64,000 nucleotides of DNA from an uncultured virus (IMG/VR IMGVR_UViG_3300030380_004460) (Duplodnaviria; Heunggongvirae; Uroviricota; Caudoviricetes). Under the pieces are notes generated by a model. The model was not told where the DNA came from, searched no databases, and saw only the letters and a program-made list of their open reading frames with translations. A program made the position numbers and the translations under genes. Location of the stretch: IMG/VR virus record IMGVR_UViG_3300030380_004460, one strand, 5' to 3'. The first letter of the stretch is position 1; the number at the start of each line of letters is the position of its first letter. Positions 18,001 to 26,885 of the stretch are shown here, in pieces.

Positions 18001-19396
18001 ATTTAATGTTGGAGGTAATTCCAAAGCAGATATAAATTATCACGCAGATACCGACAATAGATTAAAAATTGATTCTAATGAAGCTATTGCTTTCGAAGAA
18101 GCTGGCAGTGAAATTATGCGTATTGCTGGAGGTAAAGTAGGTATAGGTACAACTACACCAGCCCAATATTTACACGTAAAATCTGGTGATACTGACCAAG
18201 CATTAAAGTTACAATCTACTGATGGAAATGTAGATGCTACATTTACAGACTCTGGCGGTAGTGGTATTATACGATTCTCTACTGATACATTTAAATTTTA
18301 TACTGATTCAGGATATTCTAACAATCCTTTAAATTTAAAAGGTGTTAATGTAGGTATAGGCACAACTTCACCATCTGCAACATTACACTTAAAAAGTTCT
18401 TCATCTAACGTACCTACTTTCCTTATGGAAAACACCAACGCGGATGATTCTGCTGCGTCTCTTACATTTAATAAAAATAGTGCTTCTCCAGCAGACGGAG
18501 ATGAATTAGGTTATATAGAATTCAAAGGAGATGATTCAGCAGGTAATTCTGACACTTTTGCTGATATATATTCTAGTGCAGAAGATGTTTCTACTACAAC
18601 AGAAGATGGTTCTTTGACTTTTAGAACAAATACTGCTGGAACACTAACTAAAACAATGGTATTGAGAAGTTCTAAAGTAGGTATAGGTGAAACTTCACCT
18701 GACGATTTATTACACCTTAAAGGAAGTTCTAATGTAGATATAAGACTTGAAGATAGTGATGCCACTGGTATGGGCAATATGGACACTATGATTCGAGGAT
18801 TTAGACAAAGCACTGAAGCTTGGTTTTTAGGTACTGAAAGTGGTGCTGGTACACTTAAGTTGGGTATAACTTCTGGACACACTTCTGATTTGGCTCTTCA
18901 CACAGCAGGTACTGAAAGAGTACGTGTCACAGATACTGGTAAAGTAGGAATTGGAACAAATGCGCCTGATACTTCATTACACGTTCTTGGTTCAGTAACT
19001 TCATCTCCTACTAAAATGATTACTACAAAATCAGAATCACTTGTTCCTGCACAGGTAACATCAGTAAATATGTCTGAGGATACCTTTCAGTATGTTTGTA
19101 TAGCTGAAAATGGCGGTATAGTTGATTTAGCTTTACCGGGTGCTCCTGTTTTGGGTGAAACTTATAGAGTTGTTTGGGAAACTAGATTCTTCTTTTCAAC
19201 TGGGGGTAGTTTCCCTTCAATAGTAAGGTTATCTAGACCAATTAATAATATGGAGATAAATCAGACAGCTGCTACGTTTACTTTGAAATCTAATTCATCG
19301 AATAGCACTTTTCAAGGTATGGCTGAAATAGTTTGCATAGATGATGGTGCTTCATCCAACATTGTTAAATATGTAGTGCAGAACACTCAAGTTTAG
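12029..19396 (+). CDS. Giant fibre/spike protein with about 17 (V/L)GIGTxxP repeats
   Basis: 2455 aa; GNDTELQFNN, DTGM..ADTL, GIGT.SP...LHV repeats typical of triple-beta fibres; no C-terminal S74 chaperone visible. Confidence 0.85.
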   Translation: MPLSRKILPHGKAKIQSGVSGGSNVTSLNLDGTTLQLNQSNSQPQRTVNLNSLSGTPAGNDTELQFNNNGSFGGTDDLKWDGSKLKLGDSADTGNYFEVQGSDSENTYDVLVGRRRFPRISLNDRGSYTMQIWALGSELRFGTSAGSNTTAAFVVRSGSVGSVATAGAYTYGVFNVGTSDSINSSKVTIVDTAKPLTLAYDGSNYASLKVSSGGVLTVATNMANAGVADRFLFDGNHFRGTDTNAPSMRNETPSDTNPVFTFNNDVDTGMGRAAADTLSFIAAGAEQLRIADNVITLGDGVVLAPHASDNFTIDSPNGIILDGTSAANGVQYHDGGLEIMRISNSSSNPVIRTMVDAKDMIFQQFDGTEIVRFKDNLDVEVAGNLKITPDNKLYLGDDEFIDVNTSSSPNRMDFHIANLPRLHLDSGTLFSGQSGGPSMDLTPSSGIANYGFVGDTDTGMSRTGADTLVLMTGGTNAITIDSSQNVVIPANLTVQGTTTTIDSTTLSVKDKNIEMGVVSSPTDVTADGGGITLKGTTDKTFNWVDSTDSWTASEHIELASGKSFRINGNNVLNQTTLGSTVVGSSLTSVGTLTALTGGTGDLNWDSNTLFVDSSENRVGIGTNSPDVLFDVSGSAVIQSLRINANDGDRMRLFRRADNEMVIASESASLYLNSAFNGIYFEGDSSAVKMRLTGDGNLGIGTTGPDKRLHIHGATDTAFKMSNAGTGEGGSDGFEILQSNTGEIVLKNRESAALKFDTAGTNAMTIDSSQVTTFINTPVVGTMTSSDNSTKAASTAFVKAQSYGTGTIGGTATSGRIPFGDGNNSITSDANLTYNGSSFEVLVTSSIGHGGTKRTKFQHNNEVNYYSDGSETSGTVYYQYRGGDFNIARNAIHVKAYNDGSRPRYVGIGTTSPERKLHIMTASAGSPGYSTYANMILESDDHSYFQFSSPSNKVQGINFGDGNDNAGAIYYDHASDYMRFFAGASERMRIDSAGKVGIGTTSPNSKMTVQGDLDIPRGSRFRAGSTDSNQGIDIYHNNDGSSSFNGNVVFEGRSSGGDVVFRNLDHGQDYKFYAENDSGTEQLIMKIDGTEAAVGIGEGSTGLTTANGAYLHVTGSSNLLANFLSSDGIGEIRVGDSSKYTRLLTAGNQFKIMPFDGVELMVLDGSTEKVGIGTNAPGEKLDVRGKILVDQYLRLQRNTSTNGLNLTDSGGNAVPVHTRAGFFGDSYSMTPDIGEVILYSSTTGSSTATAGMVTFASRNDAGTHIPYAEIEGIAFDDTASGEDGHIVFRVEKASTMTEQMRLTETGLGIGTTSPAYELDVSSGHMNAARLYLNDANNYIMGDSETMYLRAHNDMYFNIDTPNDSTTRHFIWRANTSSEKMRLGEDGILEVKSGGKVGIGTAAPNVELDVAGDARIRGSNKLYFGDTDTTEYISTNGTDDLRIHASDTVLFDGDGKSIFRTPYLALETSAASEKMRFDIDNGRFGIGTNSPSTKLDIISTTEQVRFGYDSSNYLSFNVDSTGNTVIQAKTGNLELKTDTSSHDVRVDSKGKFRVDLGDSNGGHYARIRGTSNTPVLMAKSNGLVGIATESPNETLTVEGVLSLDETSAPSATSGYGKIYVKSSDSKLYFMNDSGTETDLTAGGGSSVSFGSDNQIPFTNSGGDDFDYSANLTFDGSTLITDADIRILDGEKLLLGTDSNFQIYGSAGSTKYITTLSEQLLIWNQDSSSAPIKLQATDTSNGIQFNIAGTEKGRFTSTGLGIGTTAPSYKLDVNGDANVSSVLYLGDSDTKLYRSSNDLYIRATSDILLNDTGGNVGVGIDPTSKLHVKGELDIQSGNQTILMGAGNSSTSRNDNALKLARVGLAHYENDEAAAAMIYASSDGTDNAVAIGGGTSGMNAATKLQFFTAANDTTTEGTEVMRITNNQKVGIGTSAPDSKLHVDGDIRLNGSGDHLIWPNRVQLDSNGGTLVMESLTGSDSLLVLKSASSQDIGIRFNVGGNSKADINYHADTDNRLKIDSNEAIAFEEAGSEIMRIAGGKVGIGTTTPAQYLHVKSGDTDQALKLQSTDGNVDATFTDSGGSGIIRFSTDTFKFYTDSGYSNNPLNLKGVNVGIGTTSPSATLHLKSSSSNVPTFLMENTNADDSAASLTFNKNSASPADGDELGYIEFKGDDSAGNSDTFADIYSSAEDVSTTTEDGSLTFRTNTAGTLTKTMVLRSSKVGIGETSPDDLLHLKGSSNVDIRLEDSDATGMGNMDTMIRGFRQSTEAWFLGTESGAGTLKLGITSGHTSDLALHTAGTERVRVTDTGKVGIGTNAPDTSLHVLGSVTSSPTKMITTKSESLVPAQVTSVNMSEDTFQYVCIAENGGIVDLALPGAPVLGETYRVVWETRFFFSTGGSFPSIVRLSRPINNMEINQTAATFTLKSNSSNSTFQGMAEIVCIDDGASSNIVKYVVQNTQV

Positions 19397-19397
19397 G

Positions 19398-19412
19398 CAC
19401 AATCTTTAAATA
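19398..19412 (+). promoter_or_regulatory. Late-type promoter
   Basis: CACAATCTTTAAATA, nearly identical to 30477-30491. Confidence 0.6.
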
Positions 19413-19446
19413 CAATTGAGACGAATATTGTGTAAGGAGGTCTTTT

Positions 19447-19815
19447 ATGGCGCTAGATAATTATAGTGATAGGTTTGCACACGTTTCAGGAAGTTATACT
19501 TTTTCGAGCTCTCCATCCACTGCATTTAAGGAAATCATTCCTAAAACAGATGTGAAGATGGCAGAAAGAATTACTATGCAGTTTGTTAACGAAGCTGCTG
19601 GAGCACACACGGTCAAAGTATTCGGAACCTGTAGAAACGGAGCTGGTACAGTTGGTGGAACAGATTGGACTCAGATTGGAGATACAGTTACAGTAGATGC
19701 TACAAGTAGTTCTATTAAATCGATATCAACAACTGGTTTAGTTTCTTTTGCAGCCACAGCTAGTGGGACAAACGGGCAGGCTATGGCCTACGATGCAGTA
19801 CTTCAGAACCTATAG
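19447..19815 (+). CDS. Small beta-sandwich virion protein
   Basis: 122 aa beta-rich ORF; AGGAGG RBS. Confidence 0.7.
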   Translation: MALDNYSDRFAHVSGSYTFSSSPSTAFKEIIPKTDVKMAERITMQFVNEAAGAHTVKVFGTCRNGAGTVGGTDWTQIGDTVTVDATSSSIKSISTTGLVSFAATASGTNGQAMAYDAVLQNL

Positions 19816-19836
19816 GTCTAGTCCATATAATTAAAT

Positions 19837-22212
19837 ATGGCAGTAGTTACTTGGGATGGTTCCACAGATACAGATTACGGAACTGCGGCAAACTGGGATA
19901 CTGGGTCAGTGCCCACATCATCTGATGATGTAATAATTGCAAACGTAACAAACGATTGTGTACTTGACGGAAGTAGGTCTGTTAACTCTTTTACAGTTCT
20001 AAGTGGAGGAAAATTTAACGGCAACACAGAAATGCTTACAGTAGTAGGCGAAGCAGATGGTAGTGGAGCTACAAGTAATGGTTTTGCCGTAAACATTGAT
20101 GGAGTTATTGTTGGGACAAACACAAATATAACCATAACAACTCCAACAGCTACAACTGTAGATTTCTATGCACAAGGAGGCGGAAAGGTTCGTCACGTTA
20201 CAATTAATCACGCAAGTTGTGTTGCTACACTTGGTGCTTTATTAGACATAAGTGGTAATCTTACAATAACTTTAGGAGAGTTAAATACTAATTCAGGAAG
20301 TAATTATGCAGTTACAGTAGCAGGAACTACTAGAATAGGGCCAGCAAGTGGTGGTGCAGACCAAGCAACATTAACTTGTAATGATTCAACGGTAAGTTTA
20401 GGTTCTGGTTTGACTTCAGATTATGGTTTAACTGTAGTTAAAGGTGGTACTTTTGACGGAGGTTCAGGAAATCATACTATTGGCTCAATAAATGTGGCAA
20501 ACTTTGGTGATGCAAAAATGGACTTTACAAGTGGTGATACAACTGTAGATAGTGAAAAAACAGGAGACAATCGCAATATAATTACTAATGTAAATTCAAC
20601 AGTAACACATAGTAATGGAACAATCATTATGACTTTTGCAGGTAACACAGAAATAAGTTGGGAATCTACTACTTCAGGTAATGAGGGGCCGTATAATTTT
20701 ACTGTAAATAACGCAAGTGCTATACAAAGAAGCAGGAGAAGTCCGTTTAGAGTGTTAGGTGATTTGAAAATACTTGCTGGCGAATATAACACACTTTCTG
20801 GAGATTCAGGCGGAGATTTAGACCTTACAGTAACAGGAAGTACTATAGTAGGTGCAGGTGGCGGTTCAGCCGATGATTCAACATTAACTTGTAATACTTC
20901 AACAGTAAGTCTAGGTTCTGGTAAGACAGATGGTTTAGGATTACACGTAAAACAAGGTGGAACATTTGCTGGAGGTTCTGGAACACATACTATTGGCAGT
21001 ATTTCAGTAGACAATAATGCAGCAGCAAAGTGTACTTTTAGTTCAGGAGCTACTGAATTAAACGGGCACGGCGGTTCAGGATTGAGTAATCGAATCATTA
21101 TAGGTGGAGCAGATTCAGTTAATACAGCCGCAGGAACGCAGACTATTACTACAGCTTCGTCATATAATTTAGAATCTTCTGTAAATGATTTAATTAATAA
21201 TTTAGTATTAAACAGCAATCAAACAGCTACTATGACAAATACATTAATGATTGCAGGAAATCTTACAATATCTCAAGGAACTTTAACAACAAGTGGAAGT
21301 AATCACGCACTTACAGTAACAGGAGATGTAATTATAGCGGCAGCAGGAGGATTGACTTGTAATTCTTCAACTGTGTCTGTAGATAGTATTACTATTTCAG
21401 CAAATGGAACATTAAACGCTCCAGATGCGTCAGGAAGTTTAACTCTTAATGGAACGTTAAGTGCTTGGTCATTTCAAAACAACAGTACAAATTTTAATCA
21501 TAACAATGGAACTATAACTCAGACAAACGCAGGACATATAAAATCTGTAAGTTCTAATCCGATGTATAATTTTATTTTAAATTCAAGTTCTAGTGATAGT
21601 CACGAGGCTGTGTTTAGACCAAAAACAGGAACAGATTGTGTTATAGCTGCAAACGATGTAACAATTACAAGAGGTGTTCTAAAATTAAATACAGCATCAC
21701 ACAACGCAAGTATGGGAAGTCTTACAATAGGAAGCACAGGAACATATTTTGCAACAAGCGGAACTACTACTATTACTAGTGAATCTTCTGGTGGAAATGC
21801 AATAAACAATGATGGCTCGTTTGTACACAACAAAGGCACCGTTAAGATAGACCACGATACTTCTACTAATTTAGATATAATAGGAACCACAGGTGTAGAC
21901 CTTTACAATTTAATAGTAGATAGCGATGGTACTGTAAATTACAATAGGTCAATAATTGAAAATAATTTAACAAAGTTAGGTTCAGGGTTAATGAGACCTA
22001 CAGGCGATACAGGTAGAGATTTGACTGTTAAAGGAACTTTATTAGTTCAAGCAGGAACTTTTGGTAGAGGGGCTAACGACACTCACACTAATACATTTGG
22101 AAACATCGTAGTAGAAGGCGGAGAGCTTATACTTACAGGTGGTGGTGGTAGTGGTAAGACCATAGTAAATGGTTCATTTAGAAACGTAGGAGGGACAATA
22201 ACTAGTCATTAG
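19837..22212 (+). CDS. Beta-helix/adhesin-like virion protein with internal duplication
   Basis: W.G..D....ANW..G.VP...DDVII start; duplicated AD..TLTCN.STVSLGSG..G..V..GGTF.GGSG.HTIGSI block. Confidence 0.75.
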   Translation: MAVVTWDGSTDTDYGTAANWDTGSVPTSSDDVIIANVTNDCVLDGSRSVNSFTVLSGGKFNGNTEMLTVVGEADGSGATSNGFAVNIDGVIVGTNTNITITTPTATTVDFYAQGGGKVRHVTINHASCVATLGALLDISGNLTITLGELNTNSGSNYAVTVAGTTRIGPASGGADQATLTCNDSTVSLGSGLTSDYGLTVVKGGTFDGGSGNHTIGSINVANFGDAKMDFTSGDTTVDSEKTGDNRNIITNVNSTVTHSNGTIIMTFAGNTEISWESTTSGNEGPYNFTVNNASAIQRSRRSPFRVLGDLKILAGEYNTLSGDSGGDLDLTVTGSTIVGAGGGSADDSTLTCNTSTVSLGSGKTDGLGLHVKQGGTFAGGSGTHTIGSISVDNNAAAKCTFSSGATELNGHGGSGLSNRIIIGGADSVNTAAGTQTITTASSYNLESSVNDLINNLVLNSNQTATMTNTLMIAGNLTISQGTLTTSGSNHALTVTGDVIIAAAGGLTCNSSTVSVDSITISANGTLNAPDASGSLTLNGTLSAWSFQNNSTNFNHNNGTITQTNAGHIKSVSSNPMYNFILNSSSSDSHEAVFRPKTGTDCVIAANDVTITRGVLKLNTASHNASMGSLTIGSTGTYFATSGTTTITSESSGGNAINNDGSFVHNKGTVKIDHDTSTNLDIIGTTGVDLYNLIVDSDGTVNYNRSIIENNLTKLGSGLMRPTGDTGRDLTVKGTLLVQAGTFGRGANDTHTNTFGNIVVEGGELILTGGGGSGKTIVNGSFRNVGGTITSH

Positions 22213-22214
22213 AT

Positions 22215-25200
22215 ATGAGCGATATAGAGTTTAACGGCACGGGCGGAATAATAGAAGGAAATCTTGGAGCAGCAAACGTTAATGTAAATCTTGACAGTAC
22301 TGTAGAGTTTAGCGGTGATGATTATATTACAGTTCCATCTGCAAGTGATTTAGATTTTGGAACTAATGATTTTTCTATATCTATGTGGGTCAAGTTTGAA
22401 GCAGGTGCTATATCTACTGCTGAACAACATTTAATAAATAGAGGTCAAGCAGGTCTTGCTAATAGTTTTACATTAAGAGTTAACAGTGCAGAAAATTTGT
22501 TTTTTAGAGTATCAAGTGCAAGTAACAGTGGTAATTATGATATAGACCCTAGTAATTTAGGAAGTTGGACACATATTGCGATTACATTAGATAGAAGTGC
22601 TAACGCAGTATTGTATGTCAATGGAGTAGCTAAAATTACGCAAGACATTTCTTCTCATTCATCTAATGCAATTTCTAATGCTCAATGGTTGATTGGCGGT
22701 GAGAATAGTGCAAGTCCAGCAAATTTATTCAAAGGTAATGTGGCAGATGTTAAATTCTTTGGAGATTTACTTACTGAAACAGAAATAAAACAATTAGCAT
22801 CTAAGATAAATGTAGACTCAGCTACGTTTGGAATAGACAACAGGAAAGCTTGGTATAAGATAAACGAAGGCAGTGGTCAAACTATAACGGACCACGATGA
22901 TTCAGGAACCGATTATGATGCAACAATGACAAACGGTACTTGGATATATGATGAATACAGTGTAGATGTATATGATAATAGTACAACGACAGATGGAACG
23001 TTTACAGTAACACAAGGAAAGGTAGAGGGTTTGGCTTTGTCATCTGTTGAGTTAAATGGTAGTGACGATTTTATTAACATAAATAATCCTTTAGAATCTT
23101 GGAGTGAGTCTGCACAAAAAACATTTGCACTTTGGGTTTACAACGATGGCAATGCTAGCGAAACTCGTATATTTAACACAGGGTTTGAAGATTCGGGTTC
23201 TAAAACCGCATTTGCTTTAGGTATGTCTTTTGGAACAGCTAATAGGCCGTTTTATTTTTTAAGAGATACAAGCGCAGGTGCGCTTAAAGCACAGTTTGGA
23301 GAGGTTCATCCGACAAACACTTGGATGCACTATGTTATAGTTCAAGATGGTGCTAATGATAAAGCATATTTATATCAAAACGGAGTATTACAAGAAACTG
23401 TAAGTAGTGTTGGAGAAATTAATGCAACAACTTCGGATAGTGCAAAGATAGGAAGGCATTGGGATAGTTCAGGCAATTTTTTTGATGGTAAATTAAGAGA
23501 TTTAAGATTATATGATTACGACTTTAGTGATGAGCAAGTAGCTTCACTTTATTCAGGTTATTATCCGCAAACGCCTTTACATCATTGGAAACTTGATGAA
23601 GGTTATACTTCAGGAACAACAGCTAACACAGCAGGTGCTTTTGAAGATTCAGGCACAGGGACAGATTATGATGCACAAGGTTCAGGATTAGTAAACGCAA
23701 GTTGCGTAAACGGCACTCTTGACCTTGACGGTTCACTTACGATAGCAGCTAACGGAACTTTGTCAGCACCAAGAGGTAATATGGCTCTTGCAGGTGTGAC
23801 AAGCAATGTAACTATGGATAATTTTGGAGTTTTTACACATAACAGTGGAACAGTAACACTTGACCATAGTGCTGATGTAAGTCAAATGATTAATAAAAAC
23901 GGAACAGTAGAACCTGTATTTTTTAATTTAACTCATAACAGAGCAGCAAACAGTTATCATATGTTTCTTAAAAATAATGTTACAGTCGAAAATACATTTA
24001 CAAACACCGCAGGTTTTATGAATTTAGCGGCTAATAAGACTTTAACTTTAGGAACAGACACTTCACAAGGAACATATACGGCTGGTTGGTCATCAGGAGG
24101 TATTAGGCCTGCTGGAACTAGCACTGGCAATCCTGCTCACGTTCACGGTAAGAATGTATTATTTCCAGCCATATTGGATTCAGGTTCAGGAGACCCTATT
24201 GATTGGAACAACGAAGCTCCTGATACAGAAATAAATATTAAATTTATAGATTACCAAAGAGATACTTCAACTGGAGGAGGCGGAACTAAAGTTACCTTAG
24301 ATGGGGATTGTGAGTTTGATGCCGTAACAGTAAGTAGTGGAGATACTTTAGATTTTAATGGACAAAGGGCTAGGTTTGGTAGCACGTTTACTAACTCAGG
24401 AACAATAGACTGTGATGGTGCTTTAATTTATTGTAATCAAGTAAATATTGATGGGACTACACAAAATACTAGCACTGCTGCAATAATCAATAACACCGCA
24501 GGTTTTAACGATATGAGTGATGGCCAATGGAAATGGATGGGTACTAATTTTGGAGCAGGTAGTGCTACTGAGTCAGGGACATTTACCAACACTGCTGCAA
24601 AAAGAGTGTGTATGTCAGGAATTATTGCACCGAATGATAATACAACTGTAGGAGATATGGTAATAGCTGCAGGGGCAACATATAACGCAGGAAGTTACAC
24701 TACGACAGTAGCAGGAGATTTTACTACCAGTGGTGGTCTGCTTGGCGCAAGTGCTTTGACATTTGACGGAACTGATGACCAAGTGGTTATTGCGGATGAT
24801 AACAGTTTAGATTTTACAACAGCTTTAACAATAGAATGTTGGTTCAAAACTACAGATGCACAAGGAACTTTTGTCGTTAAACAAGGCGGTTTTTACAGAA
24901 TAGAAACCAAAGATGGTAAAGCTAATTTCTTAATATTCACAGGTTCTAACAAAACAGTTGCAGGAACCTCGACAGTTAATGATGATAAATGGCATCATAT
25001 TGCAGCAACGTACGACCAAACAAGTATGAAAATTTATGTAGATGGTAAATTAGAAAATACGTTGGCAGAAACAGGTACAATGACTACTTCATCAAGTCAA
25101 TTAATTTTAGGTTCTGAAGGTAGTGCTACTTATTATACAGGTTCGCTTGATGAAATAAGATTATTTAATGTTGCTAAAACTCAAGCGCAAATAAGAACTG

Positions 25201-26171
25201 ATATGTTTCAAGGGGGAACTTTAGCAAGTTCAACAGGTTTAGTAGCTAGATATAAATGTGACGAAGGTTCAGGAACATCATTAGAAGATAGTAGCTCAAA
25301 TACAAACACAGGAACATTAACAAGTGCATTTTGGGCAGGAGCAGGAACATTTACACAAGGCAGTTCTACGCTTCTTATGTCTGGTACTGGCAAAAAGATA
25401 TTCTTTTTAGATAATGAAGAATTAAAACATTTATCTTGTACTGGGACTATAACATTAGATGGCGTTGGTGCAACTGGTAATGACTTAAAAATAAATGGTA
25501 ACGTAAGCATAGCTGGTTCATTAGCTTCTGAAGAAAATGAAAAACTATTTCTTCAAGGAGGTAGTATAACATTTACAGTAGGAACAGCGGCAACAAGTAT
25601 AGCAAATTTAAAGAATTTAATTGTAGCAAATCCTACCACAGTTACTCTTCCTGCGTTAACCACAAAACAAATACAAATGGAGTCAGGCGGAACTGCAACC
25701 GCAGGAGGAGACCTTACACTTACAACAGAGTTGTTAATAAATAGTGGAGGAACTTTTAACGCTAATGATAAAACAATAACTGCAAAAGTAGTTGATATGA
25801 ATGGGACAGGTGCATTTGCATTAGGCGCTGGTGCTTTAGTGTTAAATGATAATTCAGGTGGATTTGAATCACAATCTACTTCAGTTTTCACCGCAGGTCC
25901 CGGATGTACAGTAGGTGGTGATGCTTCAGGACAAAAAGTTCCTTTTGAATCACAAAACGGTTTTCAGATAGTTGGAGATATAGATGACTTAAATGTTACT
26001 AATGAAGAACTTACTGTTGTAGGCACTGTAACAAACTGTACTGGTGATATTATACAATTTACACCCGGACACGACACAACTTTAAGTTTAGAAACAGACA
26101 CGGCAGAGGATAGAGATATAAGGTTAGGAGGACCTAGTTTGGACAACGCGAACCATTTGGTTCCAGAATAA
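22215..26171 (+). CDS. LamG/concanavalin A-like multi-domain virion protein
   Basis: Three LamG-type domains (FSISMWVK..WTHIA..LYVNG; WMHYV..LYQNG; IECWFK..WHHIAATYD..IYVDG) interleaved with beta-helix segments. Confidence 0.85.
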   Translation: MSDIEFNGTGGIIEGNLGAANVNVNLDSTVEFSGDDYITVPSASDLDFGTNDFSISMWVKFEAGAISTAEQHLINRGQAGLANSFTLRVNSAENLFFRVSSASNSGNYDIDPSNLGSWTHIAITLDRSANAVLYVNGVAKITQDISSHSSNAISNAQWLIGGENSASPANLFKGNVADVKFFGDLLTETEIKQLASKINVDSATFGIDNRKAWYKINEGSGQTITDHDDSGTDYDATMTNGTWIYDEYSVDVYDNSTTTDGTFTVTQGKVEGLALSSVELNGSDDFININNPLESWSESAQKTFALWVYNDGNASETRIFNTGFEDSGSKTAFALGMSFGTANRPFYFLRDTSAGALKAQFGEVHPTNTWMHYVIVQDGANDKAYLYQNGVLQETVSSVGEINATTSDSAKIGRHWDSSGNFFDGKLRDLRLYDYDFSDEQVASLYSGYYPQTPLHHWKLDEGYTSGTTANTAGAFEDSGTGTDYDAQGSGLVNASCVNGTLDLDGSLTIAANGTLSAPRGNMALAGVTSNVTMDNFGVFTHNSGTVTLDHSADVSQMINKNGTVEPVFFNLTHNRAANSYHMFLKNNVTVENTFTNTAGFMNLAANKTLTLGTDTSQGTYTAGWSSGGIRPAGTSTGNPAHVHGKNVLFPAILDSGSGDPIDWNNEAPDTEINIKFIDYQRDTSTGGGGTKVTLDGDCEFDAVTVSSGDTLDFNGQRARFGSTFTNSGTIDCDGALIYCNQVNIDGTTQNTSTAAIINNTAGFNDMSDGQWKWMGTNFGAGSATESGTFTNTAAKRVCMSGIIAPNDNTTVGDMVIAAGATYNAGSYTTTVAGDFTTSGGLLGASALTFDGTDDQVVIADDNSLDFTTALTIECWFKTTDAQGTFVVKQGGFYRIETKDGKANFLIFTGSNKTVAGTSTVNDDKWHHIAATYDQTSMKIYVDGKLENTLAETGTMTTSSSQLILGSEGSATYYTGSLDEIRLFNVAKTQAQIRTDMFQGGTLASSTGLVARYKCDEGSGTSLEDSSSNTNTGTLTSAFWAGAGTFTQGSSTLLMSGTGKKIFFLDNEELKHLSCTGTITLDGVGATGNDLKINGNVSIAGSLASEENEKLFLQGGSITFTVGTAATSIANLKNLIVANPTTVTLPALTTKQIQMESGGTATAGGDLTLTTELLINSGGTFNANDKTITAKVVDMNGTGAFALGAGALVLNDNSGGFESQSTSVFTAGPGCTVGGDASGQKVPFESQNGFQIVGDIDDLNVTNEELTVVGTVTNCTGDIIQFTPGHDTTLSLETDTAEDRDIRLGGPSLDNANHLVPE

Positions 26172-26208
26172 GCCAAACCTTTTAATACAAATTTGAGGAT
26201 ATTTAAAT

Positions 26209-26418
26209 ATGGATGAAGGAGAAAAAGAACAGTTGCTTATCCGAGTAGATGAACGTATAAAAAACATCTACAATAGAATGGATAAGTTTGAAACTCTTTT
26301 TACAAATCACCTTCATCACCACGAGTTGTGGGAAAATGATATTAAGAATCAGTTACACCGATGGTTAGCTCTTGTAGTAGCAGCCGCTGGTGGTGCTGGT
26401 GCAATGGGGATGATGTAG
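26209..26418 (+). CDS. Small coiled-coil plus C-terminal TM protein (XhlA/holin-like candidate)
   Basis: LLIRVDERIKNI..; hydrophobic C-terminus; own promoter CCAAACCTTTTAATA at 26173-26187. Confidence 0.55.
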   Translation: MDEGEKEQLLIRVDERIKNIYNRMDKFETLFTNHLHHHELWENDIKNQLHRWLALVVAAAGGAGAMGMM

Positions 26419-26883
26419 ATGGCAAGTGTAACATTCAATGCGGCTTTTAGAAATAAAGTTAGATTACTAGCAGGTATATCATCAGAAGAATTAGATAATG
26501 AGAATATCGATATCTTAGGTAATATGTCTGTAGACTGGTTTCAAGCAGAAAGTAGTTTAACATATACATTAGGTGGAGATGCAGGATATGACCAAGTAGT
26601 TGTATACTACACGTGTTTCTTAGCTTCTGTTGTTGAAAACGGAATGGGTATCGAAAGAATCAGATTAGCTGATGTCGAAGTTTATTATGACACAAAAGAG
26701 TATAGGTATTTTATAGACCTTGCTTTAGAGATGTTGAGGTTCAAGCTGGGTGTAAGTATCAAGACAACAACTTACAATGCAGACCCACACCTTGGAACTG
26801 TCAACTGGAACAAGAACGTTACTGGTGAGGACAGTACGAAGAATATCCGTAAGAGACCGCGCGGTGTAAACTATGGTAATTAA
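26419..26883 (+). CDS. Probable head-tail adaptor
   Basis: Position and size; KVRLLAG..E helical start and IERIRLADVEVYY hairpin, as in gp6-like adaptors. Confidence 0.55.
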   Translation: MASVTFNAAFRNKVRLLAGISSEELDNENIDILGNMSVDWFQAESSLTYTLGGDAGYDQVVVYYTCFLASVVENGMGIERIRLADVEVYYDTKEYRYFIDLALEMLRFKLGVSIKTTTYNADPHLGTVNWNKNVTGEDSTKNIRKRPRGVNYGN

Positions 26884-26885
26884 GT

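Noticed and set aside
12029..26171. Diversity-generating retroelement or invertible cassette for the fibres
   Set aside because: No reverse transcriptase or recombinase in the window, no adenine-specific TR/VR pair seen, and the repeats are direct.
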